From contig CAWIGG010000006.1 of NCBI GenBank assembly GCA_963835575.1, positions 352,001 through 416,000 on the forward strand: 64,000 nt of DNA, read 5' to 3'. The position numbers were made by a program, and so were the translations under genes. Of this stretch, positions 20,630 through 30,823 are shown piece by piece. Below the pieces are notes generated by a model. It saw only the letters and a list, made by a program, of their open reading frames with translations, was not told where the DNA came from and did not search any database. The stretch comes from an uncultured Spirochaetota bacterium (GTDB lineage Bacteria; Spirochaetota; Brevinematia; Brevinematales; JAOACQ01). Each line of letters opens with the position of its first letter. Positions within the stretch are counted from its first letter, which is position 1.

Positions 20630-21697
20630 ATGGTTAAAAAAAGTTTCTATTTTATTCTGAGTCTTATGATTTCAGCCGGAGTTTTTTCTATTATTTATTG
20701 CGAATCCGAAAAGCCTGCCATAATTAAAAGCGACGCTGAAAGCATGGGTTATAAGGGTAAAGTGAAAACCGTGAAGGAGGCGTCCTACTATTCATTGGGG
20801 GATTCCAAGCCGAAAATAGAGGAAATAAATATCTGGAAGTATGATGAAAAAGGGAACAAGCTTTTTTACAGCAGGGAGGAATGGGGCCCCGATTATCTTA
20901 AACGCTTCCGTTTTGAATACGCCTATGCCGATGGCCGGAAAAAATCCCTGAAGCATATTGTGACTTATCTTAATAACAGCGAAAAGGAAGCGGGCCATAC
21001 TGAATATTCCTATAGAACGGATGGCCTTCTTAATTCCGAAAAAACTTATTCCTGTGATAATGAAAAAAATGACTGGGAATTGGAATCGCAGCATATCTAT
21101 GATTATGACAATAAAGGCAATCTTTTGAAGGATACATACAATGAAATTAAAAAAGATGCAAATTCCCGTGTTTCCATGCTGGGGTTGTCTTTTGATTCGG
21201 TTACTGAATTTGAGTATGATGGGAACGGAAAGGTCAAATCGGAGACCGAAACCAGAGCGGGCAGAGAACCTTTTCACAGGACAAGGACAGTTTATGAATA
21301 TAACGATGCCGGTGATATTAAGAAAGAGACTTTCGATGTGGACGGCACCGTATCTGTTACTGAATATGAATATTTTAAGGGGTTATTAACTCGAACTGTG
21401 GAATTTTATACTGAGTATCAGAAAAAACACCAGACTGTAAAATTGTATGAGTATGATAAAGCCGGTAATTTGAAGCGTGAGATTACGGTTTATTTGAATG
21501 ATGAATATGTGGAAACCCGCAGCGTTACCGCGGAGGAATATAGTTATGACTCAAAGGGGAATATAACCAAAAAGCAGGATCAGTACTGGTTCACTGATAC
21601 AACACATGATGTCCCCTATGAAGAATTCGATCCGGCGAAGTGCAAATTTTTATTAAACTCAAGATATAAAATAATAAAGTTTGAATACTGGAAATGA
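20630..21697 (+). CDS. Exported YD/RHS-like repeat protein
   Basis: Signal sequence; repeated Y-x-Y-D-x-x-G-N units; KGKVKTVKE. Confidence 0.7.
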   Translation: MVKKSFYFILSLMISAGVFSIIYCESEKPAIIKSDAESMGYKGKVKTVKEASYYSLGDSKPKIEEINIWKYDEKGNKLFYSREEWGPDYLKRFRFEYAYADGRKKSLKHIVTYLNNSEKEAGHTEYSYRTDGLLNSEKTYSCDNEKNDWELESQHIYDYDNKGNLLKDTYNEIKKDANSRVSMLGLSFDSVTEFEYDGNGKVKSETETRAGREPFHRTRTVYEYNDAGDIKKETFDVDGTVSVTEYEYFKGLLTRTVEFYTEYQKKHQTVKLYEYDKAGNLKREITVYLNDEYVETRSVTAEEYSYDSKGNITKKQDQYWFTDTTHDVPYEEFDPAKCKFLLNSRYKIIKFEYWK

Positions 21698-22085
21698 GTC
21701 GACCTTAGCCCATGCTATTTCGGTATGGCCTGCTCAAGGTCCGCGATGAACGCTAACAAAGGAAGAAAGTTTATCAAACTGATGAAATCCTGAATGGTAT
21801 TAATCAATCAAGACCATTGCGCAGTAAACTTAAGATAATTCCCTGCAAAAGTCTTCAATCGTCAATAATTACATTTCATTTATTTTCATTCTTCATTAAA
21901 TATTCGACAATCAATAACAGTCATTCCAGTTTTGGAAACATTTCACATCTATTCTTTTCTGCCTATCAGCGGAACAGGCCAGTCTGCGCTGTAGAATCCT
22001 GATGAGTTATTCAGATCTTATAAGCAGCAAAATATTTTTTATTATTTTATCAAAATTCAGTAGTTTGAAACGTATTATTAATAAA

Positions 22086-22288
22086 GGGCAGTTCCAAAAA
22101 CTCAAAATCAATCAGATATTTCCAACATAGGTTTTGGAACTGCCCCGGTTATATAATCTCTTGTAAATTTAATTGGCGCTACCGTATAGAGTTCACTGGT
22201 TGATGATCTTTTCAGACAGAGAACTCGGGCGGTAGCATGAACTCATATAATAGCGGCAGTTCTAAATATTTGAGTTTTTAGAACTGCC
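22086..22288. repeat. Cluster of three long palindromes
   Basis: GGGCAGTTCCAAAA/TTTTGGAACTGCCC (22086-22145), GCTACCG..GAGTTC/GAACTC..CGGTAGC (22178-22236), GGCAGTTCTAAA/TTTAGAACTGCC (22255-22288). Confidence 0.7.
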
Positions 22289-22346
22289 ATAAAAAGAGTC
22301 CATTTAAATTGTGATATGTCTAAATTTATATATTAAGGAGGATGAA

Positions 22347-22829
22347 ATGATAATCAGGTTCTTTTCAGGTCTATTGGTAATGACAGCTCTCATGGCGTTT
22401 CTCGCCTGCTCTCAGCAGCCGGGAGACAATGGAAGCTCCGGTTCTTCTTCATCTAGTGCGGGCACCAGCAGTTCTTCAACCGGTGGCAGCTCATCAGCAG
22501 GGACTAGTTCTTCTGCCGGACAGAAAATAACGATATCCGGTACCATTACTCTTCCCGCTCCGCAGATCGGCAAGTTATATTTAATTGACTTCGATACAAA
22601 CAGCGGCAGCGGCTCTGTGTCTAATATTGCCGGATTTACATCCGGAAGCACAATCTCCTATTCAGTCGGAAATCTTCCGGCAGGAGATTATATGTTCATG
22701 GGATGGGTGGATGTTGACGGCAGCACATCAGTGAATTCCGGGGATTATATGTCATTCTTCCCGGGATTAGCATCGACCACCAATCTGACAGCGGATTCAA
22801 CAATCGATTTTACTCTTGCCACATACTAA
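22347..22829 (+). CDS. Lipoprotein with Ser/Gly linker and small beta-sandwich domain
   Basis: RBS AGGAGG, lipobox FLAC, S/G-rich tether, DVDGSTSVNSGD possible Ca-binding loop. Confidence 0.7.
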   Translation: MIIRFFSGLLVMTALMAFLACSQQPGDNGSSGSSSSSAGTSSSSTGGSSSAGTSSSAGQKITISGTITLPAPQIGKLYLIDFDTNSGSGSVSNIAGFTSGSTISYSVGNLPAGDYMFMGWVDVDGSTSVNSGDYMSFFPGLASTTNLTADSTIDFTLATY

Positions 22830-22842
22830 AAAAAAGAAAAAT

Positions 22843-22862
22843 AGCGGGGCGGAAGCCCCGCT
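22843..22862. terminator. Bidirectional intrinsic terminator
   Basis: AGCGGGGC-GGAA-GCCCCGCT between convergent genes, flanked by A and T runs. Confidence 0.85.
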
Positions 22863-22894
22863 TGTAATTATTTTATTTTGATCTGCATTTACTT

Positions 22895-24079
22895 TTATTT
22901 CGGTATCGCCTGCTCCAGATCGGCGATGATGTCCTCGGAATTTTCCACGCCCAGCGCCAGCCGGATTAGTCCGTCCTTGATGCCCAGTTTCAGCCGTTCC
23001 TCCCTTGTGTAATCGTAGTAGCTGATGGACGCAGGGTGCGTTATGAGGGACTCGACGCCGCCCAGGCTCGGCCCGATATTAATGATCTTGAGGGCGCTCA
23101 GGAATTTATGGACATACTGGATGTCGTCCTTCATCTCGAACGTCACCACGCCGCCGAAGCCGCTCATCTGTTCCCGGGCCACAGTAAAATGAGGATGGCT
23201 GGGCAGGCCGGGATAGTAGACCCTTTTGATCATCGGGTGCGATTCCAGGAATTCCGCTATTTTCTGTCCGTTTTCGTTATGCCGCATCATGCGCAGTTCA
23301 AATGTCTTCAAACCGCGGATCAGTAAATAAGACGAAAACGGGTCGATAACGCCGCCGGTCGTTTTGAGAAAATCCCGGATGGGGTCCGTCAGGTTTTTTT
23401 TGCCGAGCACGACGCCTGCCAGGAGATCGTTATGGCCGCCGAAATATTTGGTGGCGCTGTGAATAACCAGGTGCACGCCGTATTCAAGCGGCTTCTGGTT
23501 GAACGGGGTCGCGAAAGTGCTGTCGGAAATAACAGTAATGCCGGGATGCTTATTGAAGATGTTCATCAACCGTTCAAGGTCCATAATGTTCAGGTAGGGG
23601 TTCGTAGGCGATTCGGAAATAAAGACCTTCGTGTTTTTCTTTATGGCGCTTTCGATCGCGTCATAATCGCACATCTTGACGATGGTGCATTCTATATTAA
23701 ACTTCGGCAGCCTTGTCTTGCAGAAATCAAGGGTCCGTTTGTAGGCGTCGTCGGTCAGGATAACATGGTCGCCGGCGTTCAGCAGGGCGAAAAGCGTTGT
23801 CGTCAAAGCGCTCATACCGGAGGAAAATAATATGGCGTCCTCGGTGCCTTCAAGGGCGGCCAGTTTTCCCTCTGCGGCAAGCTGGGTCGGATGTCCGTAG
23901 CGGCCGTACTCGAACCTGTTTTTCGCGCCCGTGGCAAGCTCGCTGATCTCTTTTGTATTTTTAAAAATAAATGTCGAGCTCTGAACTATCGGCGTTGTGA
24001 TGGAACCGTATTCATTATAGCGGATCTCGCCGGCGTGCACTGCCTTTGTTGAAAAGCCCTGGTTTTCCTTTTTCCCCAT
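22895..24079 (-). CDS. Cys/Met metabolism PLP enzyme (cystathionine gamma-synthase/lyase family)
   Basis: YGRYGHPT, FSSGMSA, ESPTNP, HSATKYFGGHND, SLGGVESL; RBS GGAGG before ATG 24079. Confidence 0.93.
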   Translation of the reverse strand: MGKKENQGFSTKAVHAGEIRYNEYGSITTPIVQSSTFIFKNTKEISELATGAKNRFEYGRYGHPTQLAAEGKLAALEGTEDAILFSSGMSALTTTLFALLNAGDHVILTDDAYKRTLDFCKTRLPKFNIECTIVKMCDYDAIESAIKKNTKVFISESPTNPYLNIMDLERLMNIFNKHPGITVISDSTFATPFNQKPLEYGVHLVIHSATKYFGGHNDLLAGVVLGKKNLTDPIRDFLKTTGGVIDPFSSYLLIRGLKTFELRMMRHNENGQKIAEFLESHPMIKRVYYPGLPSHPHFTVAREQMSGFGGVVTFEMKDDIQYVHKFLSALKIINIGPSLGGVESLITHPASISYYDYTREERLKLGIKDGLIRLALGVENSEDIIADLEQAIPK

Positions 24080-24305
24080 ATTAAGCCTCCTTTTCAAGGT
24101 CCATTAATAATATCAACAATTAGTTATCATACCATTAAGCCCAGTTTTTTGCAAAAATCGGCTGGTAAAGTCTATTGACTTTTTACCTCCGATCCTCAAG
24201 ACAGCGTCTGAGACAATGGAATGACGATTAAATCCTGTTAATATGGCGGCATGGCGGGATTTCGCATATCGCGGATCAACTTTACAATCGTAAAATAAAT
24301 TTGTA

Positions 24306-24334
24306 TTGACAAGAATTCTTCTTTCATATAGAAT
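24306..24334 (+). promoter_or_regulatory. sigma70 promoter
   Basis: TTGACA, 17 bp, TAGAAT upstream of the GGDEF gene. Confidence 0.65.
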
Positions 24335-24490
24335 ATCCCTCATGGGATTATAAAAATTCAAGCCGGTAATTAAAAACCCGCGAAAGCTTTTTTTTACATA
24401 AAAAAAATAGTAATTTATTATATTAATTAGGGTTATTATCATTCAAAAATGAGATTTCTGATGATTTGATTTTGATCTGCCGGGGGTTTT

Positions 24491-25573
24491 ATGAATAGAT
24501 TGGCAAACAACAATAAAAGTCATCTGAATGCCGAGCAAAAAAGGAAATATATTCTGCTCCGGATGATATTTATAATATGTATGCTGATCTTTGCCATATT
24601 GTTTGCCTTGTTTTTTTATCTTCAGATCCGGGTCTTATGGATTTTCAATATTTTTTGTTTCAGTATTTTAATATTAAATTTTTTCCTTATTAAAAAGGAA
24701 AAATTTCTTTTGTCCTTACAATTAACGGTTTTGGTAATTATTGCTCATTCAATGTTCGACTCCTACTGTCTGGGCTGGAAAAGTAATTTCTGGCTGTATT
24801 TGATCACTTCAGGAATGATAATTGTCAATTCGTTATCCCTAAAAATAAAATGGAAAATCCTGGAAGTCGTTCTTTTTTCAGCTCTTTTAATTGCATTGTA
24901 TATTTTGACTGGAAATGGTTCTCAAGTTTATACAATCCGGCCGGAGATACTGGAAGCGATCTCTATATATAATATCATAACTGCGGTCTTTACCCTTCTG
25001 TTTATATCGTTCTTTAATTTCATGGAAACCGACTCACTGCAGAAAAAGCTGAAGGATCTGTCTGAAATTGACAGTTTGACAGGAGCATATAACAGGAGGT
25101 TTTTCAACCATTATCTGGACATAGAGATCCGGAGGATGGTCAGTCAACTTCAATATAAACTGGATGGAAGAGTCAATTTCGGGATCGCAATGCTGGACGT
25201 TGACAACTTTAAAGAGATCAATGATCAATTCGGGCACTTGATCGGTGACAATGTCCTTATGGATATAGCACGGATCGTTAAGTCTGTATTATTTGAAAGG
25301 GATATCCTTTGCCGCTACGGAGGAGACGAGTTTGTAATTCTCTATACTTCAACCTCCCGGGAAGGGGCCATCCTGGCCAATGAAAAGATCCGCAAGATTG
25401 TGGATAACCATACTTTTTTTCTGAACCAGGATCATCCGATGAAACACATCACTATAAGCATTGGATTTGCGAATTTTGATGAGGAGCCCGATATTTACAA
25501 ACTGCTGGACCTGGCCGATAAAAGGGTTTATAAAGCCAAGAAAAACGGCAGGAATCAGGTGATCAGTGATTAA
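24491..25573 (+). CDS. Membrane-bound diguanylate cyclase
   Basis: About 6 TM helices, DSLTGAYNRR, RYGGDEF. Confidence 0.92.
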   Translation: MNRLANNNKSHLNAEQKRKYILLRMIFIICMLIFAILFALFFYLQIRVLWIFNIFCFSILILNFFLIKKEKFLLSLQLTVLVIIAHSMFDSYCLGWKSNFWLYLITSGMIIVNSLSLKIKWKILEVVLFSALLIALYILTGNGSQVYTIRPEILEAISIYNIITAVFTLLFISFFNFMETDSLQKKLKDLSEIDSLTGAYNRRFFNHYLDIEIRRMVSQLQYKLDGRVNFGIAMLDVDNFKEINDQFGHLIGDNVLMDIARIVKSVLFERDILCRYGGDEFVILYTSTSREGAILANEKIRKIVDNHTFFLNQDHPMKHITISIGFANFDEEPDIYKLLDLADKRVYKAKKNGRNQVISD

Positions 25574-25714
25574 GCAAAGAATTTATAATCTGCCATGCTG
25601 ACTTAAACGGCTCTTTGAAAACTGAAGCAAAGGTAATTTCCTATAAAAGTAGATGAATGCTTTTGAATGAAACAAGCGTTGAAATTGACGGCCTTCCAAC
25701 AGGGGGAATAACGA

Positions 25715-26119
25715 CTAATCAAGATAAAATAATTCATATATATTTGTTTCTTCCGGGTCATAAAAAACAATAACATTACTGCCTTTTACCATGCGTTTTG
25801 TCATATTATCCCAATGTTCTTTTGAAGGCCAGTGCACGAAGAGGGAGCCTTCGCCGTTTATTGCCGTTCCTTTATAATCTTTATATTTAAATTTTATTTT
25901 ATAGCCGGCGTCCTCGTCAACAACCAGTTTGGAGGATGTGATGACTCCAATGGTTTTAATGGATGTAAATATAAAATAGTGCAGGTATTCCTTATAGGCG
26001 ATGGATCTGCTGTTTTCTTTGACGAACGATGAACCGCCGTACATTTTATTCTTCATTTTTTCTATCCGGGATTTCAATCCCGGATCATTGAGCAGTTCAT
26101 GTACGCTTTTCCCTTTCAT
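25715..26119 (-). CDS. Hypothetical protein (possible OB-fold/DUF3592-like)
   Basis: 134-aa ORF; KGSNVIVFYDPE. Confidence 0.5.
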   Translation of the reverse strand: MKGKSVHELLNDPGLKSRIEKMKNKMYGGSSFVKENSRSIAYKEYLHYFIFTSIKTIGVITSSKLVVDEDAGYKIKFKYKDYKGTAINGEGSLFVHWPSKEHWDNMTKRMVKGSNVIVFYDPEETNIYELFYLD

Positions 26120-26229
26120 ACATTGATCCTTGAATTTACTATGTGATTCCGATTAACTGCTGCCTGCTTAGTCTGCCGAAAAAAATGCAAAAAGACCGGC
26201 AAATCGGCAAAAAAATTAAACAGTGATTT

Positions 26230-26862
26230 TTATTTCACGGCAAAAATGATGTCGGAGAGCGTTATTTCCTTTTTATCAAAGCAGAAATGATAGAGCCTCT
26301 GCTTTTCGAAACCGGCTGTATATCCGTCAATGACCGTCTTCAGCCAGTCTATTTCGGCTTTGAGTTTCCAGTGCTGTCCGGCCCTCGAAAACAGAACGAG
26401 AAAGAGCCGGTTTTTATAGTGCATTCTCCTTTCCCGTGATTGATTTTCATAGAGCCACAGGATGAGGCTGTAGGGGTCATTCCGCGCCTCGGCCAGTGTT
26501 TTTCCATAGCCAGCAGGGAATACAGATGTCTTCAGATCGAACTTGATGCCGCCGATCTCAAAATCGGAGAAACGGTTTTTTCTGTCGGCTTCCGCCTTGA
26601 CATGGGGCGAGGCGGCGAAGATATGCTCTAACGCCATGGCCGACCAGAAATTGTACCACCGGTTCAGCGCGTAATCCTTCAGGGCTGTATAATCCTCACG
26701 GCCGCCGAAGTTTCTATCTGCTGTATCGATGAGTTTGTCATATTCAACGATGGAATAGATAAAATCCGTCAATCTGTCATATCGGTTGTCCTGAATCTTT
26801 CCCCAGTCATAAGGGACAAACCACCGCTTTTTTAATTCGGTTTCGATTTTAATGAGATCCAT
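26230..26862 (-). CDS. Hypothetical protein with PD-(D/E)xK nuclease-like motif
   Basis: ALEHIF...SDFEIGGIKFDLKTS. Confidence 0.55.
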   Translation of the reverse strand: MDLIKIETELKKRWFVPYDWGKIQDNRYDRLTDFIYSIVEYDKLIDTADRNFGGREDYTALKDYALNRWYNFWSAMALEHIFAASPHVKAEADRKNRFSDFEIGGIKFDLKTSVFPAGYGKTLAEARNDPYSLILWLYENQSRERRMHYKNRLFLVLFSRAGQHWKLKAEIDWLKTVIDGYTAGFEKQRLYHFCFDKKEITLSDIIFAVK

Positions 26863-26940
26863 ATTGTTTTTCCCCGATAAAATAAAAAATAATATCTTCT
26901 ATAACAGGTAAGCCCGGATATTCGAAGGTCTCTCTATTAA

Positions 26941-27672
26941 TTATAATTTATCTATTAAATCATCCGCCATGGAATCCGGTTCGCTCTTCAGATCCGAGAC
27001 AAAGGTGCCGAACTTTTGATAACCGATGAATATGCCGCCCCTGGGTTCGATCAACTGCTTCATCCGACTTTTCATGGCTTCCTTCATTTCAGGGCTTATA
27101 TCGGTAAACCAGCCGCTCAGGATCACAAAGCACTTAACGCCTTTCAGATCGGCGCTGTTAATAAAATCAACAAAAGGCGGGCGGGGTTTGCTTCCATAGA
27201 CCGGGGATGAGAGTATTATTGCCGATACTTCTTTCGGGTTTATCTTCAAATCGGGTCCGGCAGTATAGAGTGTGACTTTTATTCCTTTGCCGGAGAGTCT
27301 GCCGGCGATAAGCGTGTTTATCCTTTTCTGAAATCCCGATCCGCCGGGATGATAAACAACGGCAACCGATTTGACGCTGTCTGCCTGTTCAAAAACTACC
27401 GGCTTATTGTTCCGGGCCCTGTCGGCGCCGATGAGAACAACGTAAGCATTGGGCAGAGCGATCAATCCGATTAAAATGATAAAAACCCAGAGAACAATTC
27501 CGAAGGCGTGAATACCGGTTTTATCATGGTATAACAGCCAGTGAATTCCGAGAAGGATGAGCGAAATCAGGGCGGCAAAATTAAGCTGCAGCGGCATCCG
27601 GTAGATAAAAGGAAAAAGCAGAATGATGACCTGGCATGCTATCAGAATAACGGATAAAGTAATATAAAACAT
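26941..27672 (-). CDS. Membrane-anchored flavodoxin-like protein
   Basis: 3 TM helices then VVYHPGGSGF, ILSSPVYG. Confidence 0.7.
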   Translation of the reverse strand: MFYITLSVILIACQVIILLFPFIYRMPLQLNFAALISLILLGIHWLLYHDKTGIHAFGIVLWVFIILIGLIALPNAYVVLIGADRARNNKPVVFEQADSVKSVAVVYHPGGSGFQKRINTLIAGRLSGKGIKVTLYTAGPDLKINPKEVSAIILSSPVYGSKPRPPFVDFINSADLKGVKCFVILSGWFTDISPEMKEAMKSRMKQLIEPRGGIFIGYQKFGTFVSDLKSEPDSMADDLIDKL

Positions 27673-27859
27673 AATCCCTCCGTCCGGAATTCCTCAAAGA
27701 TTGCTTTTTCTTTCAGCATGGAGCCAAACACTTTTTAACGCTATTGAATAAAAGAGGTAAAAACCGCCTGCCATCACAAACCGAGTGAACTATTTGTATT
27801 GACAGACGGATGCTATTTACCTTTTCAACGCTTGATTATAAGCTTTGAACTTATAGGTT

Positions 27860-28123
27860 TTAGAAGCGGCTGGGGCGTTCTTCTCTCGGCCTGGCGACAT
27901 TCACTTTAATGTTCCTGCCGTCGACTTCCTTGCCGTCCAGCTGTTTGATGGCTTCTTCAGCTTCAGCCTGCTCGGGCATTTCAACGAACCCGAAGCCTTT
28001 CGATCTGCCTGATCCGCGGTCAATAACGACTGTTGCTTCACTAACGGTGCCGAAAGCTTTGAAAATATCACTCAAACTCGCATCAGTCGTATTAAACGAA
28101 AGATTTCCTACATAGATTTTCAT
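27860..28123 (-). CDS. RRM RNA-binding protein
   Basis: RNP2 IYVGNL, RNP1 KGFGFVEM. Confidence 0.95.
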   Translation of the reverse strand: MKIYVGNLSFNTTDASLSDIFKAFGTVSEATVVIDRGSGRSKGFGFVEMPEQAEAEEAIKQLDGKEVDGRNIKVNVARPREERPSRF

Positions 28124-28252
28124 TTATCATCTCCTTTAAGTAAAGTTAATACTCTTATATAGTATAGTCAAGATAATTGTGGCTTATTTTTGGATAAAAA
28201 TCAAACAATTCTTCAATAAGAAGAAAGGTTTCTTTATGGTTTTAAACCGCTT

Positions 28253-28747
28253 TTATTTTTTTATTTGTTTTGCCGGCAATATGAATACCTCTTCCCAGAA
28301 CATGAGATTCATGAGGGTATAGAGCCTGAACCGTCCGGCGCCGTATTTTTCTTTAATTGTTGACCTGCTGATGGGAATGAACCCGATTTGTACTATCAGT
28401 TCTCTGGAAGGCCGGTTCTTCTTTTCAATGGCGGCATATATATCCGCCGGTCCTGTTTCCTTTTCAATAGAATGAATTGCCTGACGAATGAGGCTTTTTC
28501 CGATCCCTTTCCTTCTATAATCCGGATGAACCGCAAGGTAGTAAAGGTACCCGACTTTTTTACTTTCAAGATCAAAAATCCGGTAGTTAATAACCCCGGC
28601 TATTTTGCCCCCGTCTTCCGAGATAAAAGTATTTTGAAGGGAAGCGATGCTTCTTCTGGCAAAATAGGCATAAATCCGGCTGAAGGAAATTGTTAATATC
28701 CCGTTTATTGCTTCCAGGTCGTTTTGTTCCGGTACTCGGATATTCAT
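28253..28747 (-). CDS. GNAT acetyltransferase
   Basis: LAVHPDYRRKGIGKSL. Confidence 0.88.
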   Translation of the reverse strand: MNIRVPEQNDLEAINGILTISFSRIYAYFARRSIASLQNTFISEDGGKIAGVINYRIFDLESKKVGYLYYLAVHPDYRRKGIGKSLIRQAIHSIEKETGPADIYAAIEKKNRPSRELIVQIGFIPISRSTIKEKYGAGRFRLYTLMNLMFWEEVFILPAKQIKK

Positions 28748-28840
28748 ATAATATAATCCCTTTAAAATTCCTCAAGATATGTTCGGCGGCCGGTTTAATA
28801 AACATAAATGATAGCTAATAGGTATGCCGGGCCGGCCTTT

Positions 28841-29075
28841 TTATTTTACTCCGGCCTCTTTTAACAGGCTGATGATATTCTTGTGTCCATTTTCGGCCGC
28901 GTACATCAAAGCTGTCCTGCCTTCATTATCCATTGCATTGATATTTCCTTGATAACTCTTAATAAATTTGATATCCCGTTTAATGGAGGCGTCGATCAAA
29001 GGCACTCTGGAACATGAGTTGGTCAGGATAAATGCGAAGTTTGTGAGCAAAATAAAAAATTAAACACTTTTTCAT
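28841..29075 (-). pseudogene. Truncated/frameshifted ankyrin-repeat protein
   Basis: INAMDNEGRTALMYAAENGH..LLKEAG single repeat; RBS-preceded ATG 29075 out of frame with the ORF. Confidence 0.6.
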
Positions 29076-29123
29076 ATGGATTAATTCTCCCGGTTTTGAT
29101 ATTATTTCTTTGTCTTCTCCGGC

Positions 29124-29576
29124 TCACCTGTTCTTTTTTACCGTCGGCGCTTTAACCTGCCTTTTTATTCCTTTACTGTCTGTAATACGGGCCAGCTTAA
29201 GCGTATCGAATTCCCGGATGACGATTTCAGCCAGGTATAAAACACGGCATCCTTTTTCCAGGTGGCCGGCATAGGCCTTTTTATGGTCCGAGACCACGGC
29301 GTGCAGGTGTGGAACGCCGTCCGCGATGATCCCCTGGACGGAAGCGAGCTCCAGGGGTTTGTTTTTCCATCTTTTGAAATATTCCACCGGAGGATATCCT
29401 GTTGTCATGACCATATGCAGGACGCAGAAATCCAGCGTGCCGATCCCTGATAACACCACGCCGTCCCTTATTTTTTCCTTTCGGATGGTTTCATTGACGC
29501 TGTCCAGCACATCATTTCCGGGGTCAAGCCGGAGGACGAAGGTCCTTCCAGCGTCTTTTCCTGAAAAAGAGTCCAT
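29124..29576 (-). CDS. PPC domain (DUF296) protein
   Basis: LRLDPGNDV, SGIG, ELASVQG, PHLH, GHL; start at MDSFSG after AAGGAG. Confidence 0.85.
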   Translation of the reverse strand: MDSFSGKDAGRTFVLRLDPGNDVLDSVNETIRKEKIRDGVVLSGIGTLDFCVLHMVMTTGYPPVEYFKRWKNKPLELASVQGIIADGVPHLHAVVSDHKKAYAGHLEKGCRVLYLAEIVIREFDTLKLARITDSKGIKRQVKAPTVKKNR

Positions 29577-29586
29577 ATTTTCTCCT

Positions 29587-30290
29587 TTACCTGACGGTGT
29601 CATCCGGGGGTAATCCCATGTCTTCATAAAGCTTTTTACGGTTGACCTTGTCCTTTCGTAATTCCCGGAGCGCGTACATGGCGGCATCCGGCGCTATTTT
29701 CCGCGGCACCACGATAACCCCGTCGCCGTCGGCCGCCACCACGTCTCCCGGGTTGACCGTAACGCCGCCCGCCTGGACCGGTATGTCCATGACGTCAAAC
29801 TGCAGGCGGCCCTGGACCATCGACTGCGATATGAATTTTGACCAGAAAGGGATTTTCTGTATTATTAGCTCATCTGTATCGCGAACGCCGCCGTTCGATA
29901 CAAAGCCCGCCGCGCCCCGCTTCAGGCATTCCAGGGTGTTGTGGGAGCCCATCAGCCCGGCGTCCACGCCGCTCCGGTCGATGACAATGAAATCGCCTTC
30001 GGTTATCCCGTCAACCCATGGATAGGTGCAGACATTCCCGTAGTACCAGTCCGACCAGGCCGTGTATTCATCGGGCGTCAGCTTCGGTATGGGGCCGCTG
30101 TACGGCAGGTAGCGGACCGTCCCGTCCTGGCAATACCGCAGGCCCGGACGCGGAATACCGGGCGGATATCATAATCCATGGAGCCGTAAGGATGCATCTG
30201 GAGCCAGTCCATCCCGTCCCTGATGTCGGCCACGCGGAGGTCCTTGAAAAGTTCGAGCAGTTTTTTGTTTTCCGGATCGGCAGGTTTCAT
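29587..30290 (-). pseudogene. RraA/HMG-aldolase family gene disrupted by a 5-bp duplication
   Basis: VADIRDG N-terminus; GGVRD and VNPGDVVAADGDGVIVVP C-terminus; CGTCC duplicated at 30118-30127 shifts the frame. Confidence 0.85.
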
Positions 30291-30454
30291 AATGGATTCC
30301 TTATACCGGGACCGCTAATGTATCCCTTGATTTTTATTCAATATAAAACAGCGCCGGATAAAAGTCAAAAAGAGCATTATTTGCTTGACATATGGATCCA
30401 TCCGATTTCTGGAGATTGCATAAATTATTTGTTATAATTCTGGAAACTGATAAT

Positions 30455-30767
30455 CCGCTAATTCACGCGAATATACGCGAATTTGGGAAAATATGCGATG
30501 ATTTACAGGAAGACGGAAAGAAGGGAAGAGCTAAAAAATGATTATAATAATAGTTATTACCTATGTAAAAGGATACCGTCATTCCGCTATTTAAGAAACC
30601 TGAAAAAGTATAAAATAAGGAAATGGATTAGGCATATAATAATTATAAAATCCCTAAGGCTTTTGATCAGTAAGGAAATAATAAGCAATAGCCTTATTGT
30701 CCTCCTGTTAATTTAAATATAGCTATAATTCAAGAATTTATTAGTGTGCATTCGCGTGACTTAGCGG
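30455..30767. repeat. Inverted periodic-arm element with an extra internal arm
   Basis: CCGCTAATTCACGCGAATATACGCGAA ... TTAGTGTGCATTCGCGTGACTTAGCGG; internal ACAGGAAGACGGAAAGAAGGGAAGAG at ~30504. Confidence 0.78.
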
Positions 30768-30823
30768 AATACTAATTAGTATGAGTTGATTATTTTATAA
30801 ATTATGATTTGGATTGTAATGTT

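Noticed and set aside
24100..24300. SAM riboswitch upstream of the Cys/Met enzyme
   Set aside because: No S-box ATC(A/C)AGAG...GGCAACC...GGTGC core recognisable on the minus strand
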